A stretch of DNA of 9,450 nt. Source: a virus. Taxonomy: Duplodnaviria; Heunggongvirae; Uroviricota; Caudoviricetes. Shown here piece after piece: positions 7,201-9,450 of the stretch. The stretch is taken from positions 1 to 9,450 of the IMG/VR virus record IMGVR_UViG_2711768034_000006, one strand, 5' to 3'. Under the pieces are notes generated by a model. It ran no database searches. It saw only the letters and a list, made by a program, of their open reading frames with translations, and was not told where the DNA came from. Position numbers and translations under genes: made by a program. Numbering within the stretch: the first letter of the stretch is position 1; each line of letters opens with the position of its first letter.

Positions 7201-8085
7201 TCAAGCCTTCCAGAACATAGTTGAGTCAGGCACCAGTGCGGATGCGTTCACCCACACAACGATTTCAACGGCACCATTCAGCACGCGGCGGGCGGTGACG
7301 CGGATTTCATCATCCAGGGCAACGGCTGCATTGCCGAAAGCGCCAATGATTGTGCTGGAAGTCTGGCCGCTGATTTCAGCGCGTACACCGTAGGCACGCA
7401 GAACGCCGTCTTGCAGTTCCAGGCCGGTGCAATCACCGCCAACAATGGCTTTAACTTCATCAAAGCGCAGGTTTTTGGCTGCAATCTTCTGCGCCACTGC
7501 GGTGAATGACGGGCTGGTAAGGGTTTCCGCTGCGCTTTCCAGGTGGTTCAGCAGCACGAAGTCAGCCAGATCGGCAATACCGCGTTCAATGGCGGTGTTG
7601 ACCGCTTCCAGCACTGTATCGTCAGCGAATTCGTGTTTCAGTTGCTGGCGGGTCAGGGTGTAGCCAACGCCGTAAGCCGGTGCGGTGTTGTGGTCGAATG
7701 CTGCAACCATGTACGGCTTGCCGCTCATGCTGATTTCTTCGCCGTCAGTAACTTTGGCGAACGCACCAGGGCGGATGACAACGAAGCGGTCAGCCACTTC
7801 GAGGCCAGTCGTTGCACCAGTCTGGCCAGTCGGCTGCGTGGTCATCGGGCCAGGAATGCGGATGATTTCAGCGCCTGCCTGTGCCACCAGCGAACGTTCA
7901 GCCAGAACAGCGTTGAAGGTGGTCTGCTTGCCACCTTTCGGGGTCAGCACGTCATTCATGGACAGGTAGCGAACTGCTGCCGGTTCCATAGGGATAAATT
8001 GAGTAATATCACCGTTGCCATCAGTGCGAACATGGCCGCCCTGGTGGTTCAACGCGTCGTTGATAAGTTGAGATAAAACGTTCAT
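7201..8085 (-). CDS. Beta-rich structural-like protein of unknown family (294 aa), first gene of operon 2
   Basis: ORF-track start at 8169 is TTG with a non-protein-like leader; ATG at 8085 has GGAG 8-9 nt upstream; A/G/T/V-rich composition like capsid or tail proteins; no motif recognised. Confidence 0.65.
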   Translation of the reverse strand: MNVLSQLINDALNHQGGHVRTDGNGDITQFIPMEPAAVRYLSMNDVLTPKGGKQTTFNAVLAERSLVAQAGAEIIRIPGPMTTQPTGQTGATTGLEVADRFVVIRPGAFAKVTDGEEISMSGKPYMVAAFDHNTAPAYGVGYTLTRQQLKHEFADDTVLEAVNTAIERGIADLADFVLLNHLESAAETLTSPSFTAVAQKIAAKNLRFDEVKAIVGGDCTGLELQDGVLRAYGVRAEISGQTSSTIIGAFGNAAVALDDEIRVTARRVLNGAVEIVVWVNASALVPDSTMFWKA

Positions 8086-8219
8086 TAAAAATGCTCCGGT
8101 TGTTGTGCAATAAATCGTCTGGAATGACTTAAAGATATACAGTAACCAGACCGAACACAATAGCCACAATGTGAGCTTTTTAATGTAAAATCAGTAACTT
8201 ATAACCCTGAATACTTGCA

Positions 8220-8249
8220 AATAACCAGGCATAATCCGGCGTAATCGAT
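8220..8249. repeat. Second copy of the phased 10-bp repeat array (AATAACCAGG / CATAATCCGG / CGTAATCGAT) upstream of operon 2
   Basis: Shares the 17-mer CATAATCCGGC[A/G]TAATCG with 3365-3381. Confidence 0.45.
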
Positions 8250-8379
8250 ATTTACACATCTTTACAATTCAGCATGTGTAAAACGTGTTCGCTTTATTTT
8301 GCAATCGCGCACGTATGGTGCCAGTGCTTTGATAAGGTTCACATAAATGATTGATTTACTTGACGTAATCATAAAGTGA

Positions 8380-8570
8380 GTTTTGGAGGGGCACGCACAA
8401 CGCGAATTACGCGGGACCAATGCCCCCGCCCTGTACTGCCGCCGAGGAGGACCCTTCGATTTTTGAGGCAGGCAGGCGGCCAGGCGGTGCGCGCAAGGTC
8501 CATTATGTTAAATCGCGGAGTTTGCAGGCAGAAAGAAGCACCAGGAAGGTGCTGGCAGGCGAACGGCGCA
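8380..8570. other. GC-rich non-coding island with nested short hairpins (candidate cos/pac site or structured RNA)
   Basis: Abrupt GC-rich stretch inside an AT-rich intergenic region; inverted repeats GGGGCA/TGCCCC (8388-8426), CGCG-aatta-CGCG (8401-8413), AGCACC-aggaa-GGTGCT (8537-8553); both overlapping ORFs translate to non-protein-like sequence. Confidence 0.3.
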
Positions 8571-9065
8571 TAATCTGACATATTCCGCGCGCTTTCAGCC
8601 CGTATTCACTCAGGCTTATTGTTGCGATATGTGCAACGTTCTGGCTGTTTACTGAACAGCTACTGTTTGAACGCAAAACAAGGCTGAAAGGCTCGTTTCC
8701 TGTAGTTACATCATACTTCTGTATGTTGTACCTATTCCGGCTGCTGCTTTGGTTAGACGTGAAAAAGCGTGGTTACGAATGAGCGGACCACCACCAGCAC
8801 CCATGCCGCCCAGGCACCCCATCCGGTTACAACGCTGAATTGAGTTGTAACCGTGTTATGTTTCTGAAAAATAACAAATTTCGTGCAATCGGTTACAACG
8901 GTTACGCCAAGTTCATAAAGTTTGGAAAAAGCACTATGGGTATATAGGAATATACGAATTTCTTTTTTTTACTAATCTGTTGTAACCATTGTAACCGGAA
9001 TGGGTAAAATCATTAATATTCAGTGGCTTGCGTGGTTACAACGCCGGTTACAACACCGATTTTGC

Positions 9066-9092
9066 GTTGTAACCGTTGTAACCGTTGTAACC
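9066..9092. repeat. Three perfect tandem copies of GTTGTAACC
   Basis: Read directly. Confidence 0.9.
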
Positions 9093-9103
9093 GTAGTAGG
9101 CAT

Positions 9104-9129
9104 AAAAAAGCCCCGGCAGATGCCAGGGC
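9104..9129 (-). terminator. Intrinsic terminator ending the primase operon
   Basis: Minus-strand RNA GCCCUGGC-AUCU-GCCGGGGC (8-bp stem with one G-U, 4-nt loop) followed by UUUUUU, 25 nt after orf74 stop. Confidence 0.55.
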
Positions 9130-9151
9130 GGTCAGAACAAAAATTGTTGTA

Positions 9152-9450
9152 ACGTTACGGGCTGGCAAACGGCACGATTTCGGCTGATGCCACCTCCCTG
9201 GTGCGATAACTACACAGCAGGTTCCGCCCTAGCTTGACCAGTTCCTGCTGCACGCCTGGCAGCCGGTCGCGAGCATGGTCTACCGCTTCCTGTTCAGTGG
9301 CGAAACCCTCCATAATTTCGGTTTCGGTGTAGGTGCCGTGTTCCGGGTCAAAAGCAATGATATATGCGCGATAACTCATGGTTTAGCCCTCAGAACGGTT
9401 TATCTTCGCCGTCACCGGCTGTTTCTGTCATCACTTCCTGTGCGTCACAC
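9152..9450. repeat. Wrap-around duplicate of window positions 1-299
   Basis: Identical sequence; the ORF track lists the same 74-aa protein at 4..228 and 9155..9379. Confidence 0.9.
9155..9379 (-). CDS. Second copy of the 74-aa hypothetical protein (same locus as 4..228 via wrap-around)
   Basis: Identical translation in ORF track. Confidence 0.55.
   Translation of the reverse strand: MSYRAYIIAFDPEHGTYTETEIMEGFATEQEAVDHARDRLPGVQQELVKLGRNLLCSYRTREVASAEIVPFASP

Larger units (their letters stand above)
1..9151. mobile_element. One complete unit of a putative circular replicon (satellite or phage-plasmid-like); 9152-9450 repeats 1-299
   Basis: Exact repeat of window start at offset 9151, including duplicate 74-aa ORF at 4..228 and 9155..9379; all genes co-directional; primase plus iteron origin; no integrase seen. 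Confidence 0.45.
8771..9154. repeat. Iteron cluster / putative origin of replication: 9-mer GGTTACAAC and its reverse complement GTTGTAACC
   Basis: Nine exact copies (8825, 8844, 8891, 8979, 9034, 9046, 9066, 9075, 9084) plus variants (8771, 8900, 8988, 9146), in both orientations, flanking AT-rich tracts 8860-8890 and 8910-8975. Confidence 0.6.

Noticed and set aside
8086-8169. Upstream extension of the 294-aa gene to the ORF-track start at 8169
   Set aside because: Codon at 8169 is TTG, the 28-aa leader is not protein-like, and the ATG at 8085 has a good GGAG ribosome-binding site.
8380-8570. Direct match to lambda (GGGCGGCGACCT) or P2/P4 (GGCGAGGCGGGGAAAGCAC) cohesive-end sequences
   Set aside because: Neither sequence found by eye in the island or elsewhere; the cos hypothesis rests on context only.
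8369-8581. Overlapping ORFs 8369..8581 (-) and 8376..8573 (+)
   Set aside because: Both lie in the GC-rich island where stop codons are rare by composition; translations are Arg/Pro/Gly-rich and disordered-looking; more likely non-coding.
8645-8659. Palindrome CTGTT-tactg-AACAG resembling a LexA box
   Set aside because: Spacing is CTGT-N7-ACAG (15 bp), not the canonical CTGT-N8-ACAG, so I do not call it an SOS box.
8771-9154. Iteron array as a possible CRISPR array
   Set aside because: Units are only 9 bp, occur in both orientations, and have no regular unique spacers.
1-9450. Integrase, attachment site or tRNA fragment
   Set aside because: No ORF of integrase size or character and no tRNA-like T-loop sequence recognised; the element appears non-integrative in this window.

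Overview
The window is one complete 9,151-bp unit plus a 299-bp wrap-around repeat (9152-9450 is identical to 1-299), so it reads as a small circular or tandemly repeated replicon. Every credible gene is on the minus strand, in two operons. Operon 1 is orf91, orf77, a 771-aa P4-alpha-like primase/SF3-helicase and orf74, ending in a strong intrinsic terminator. Operon 2 is a 294-aa beta-rich structural-like protein, a 104-aa ORF, a 54-aa ribbon-helix-helix protein missing from the ORF track, 105-, 69- and 68-aa ORFs, and a 758-aa phage tail tape-measure-like protein. The two intergenic regions carry the interesting non-coding signal: 3057-3457 holds a promoter and leader with hairpins and a phased CATAATC repeat array; 8086-9151 holds the same repeat array, a GC-rich structured island, and an AT-rich origin-like region with at least nine exact copies of the 9-mer GGTTACAAC/GTTGTAACC. 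I could not recognise an integrase, terminase, portal, capsid protease, tail tube or partition gene. My working interpretation, which is inference only, is a compact plasmid-like phage satellite that combines a P4-type replication module with a tape-measure gene. All protein family calls are from reading the translations by eye; no database search was possible.
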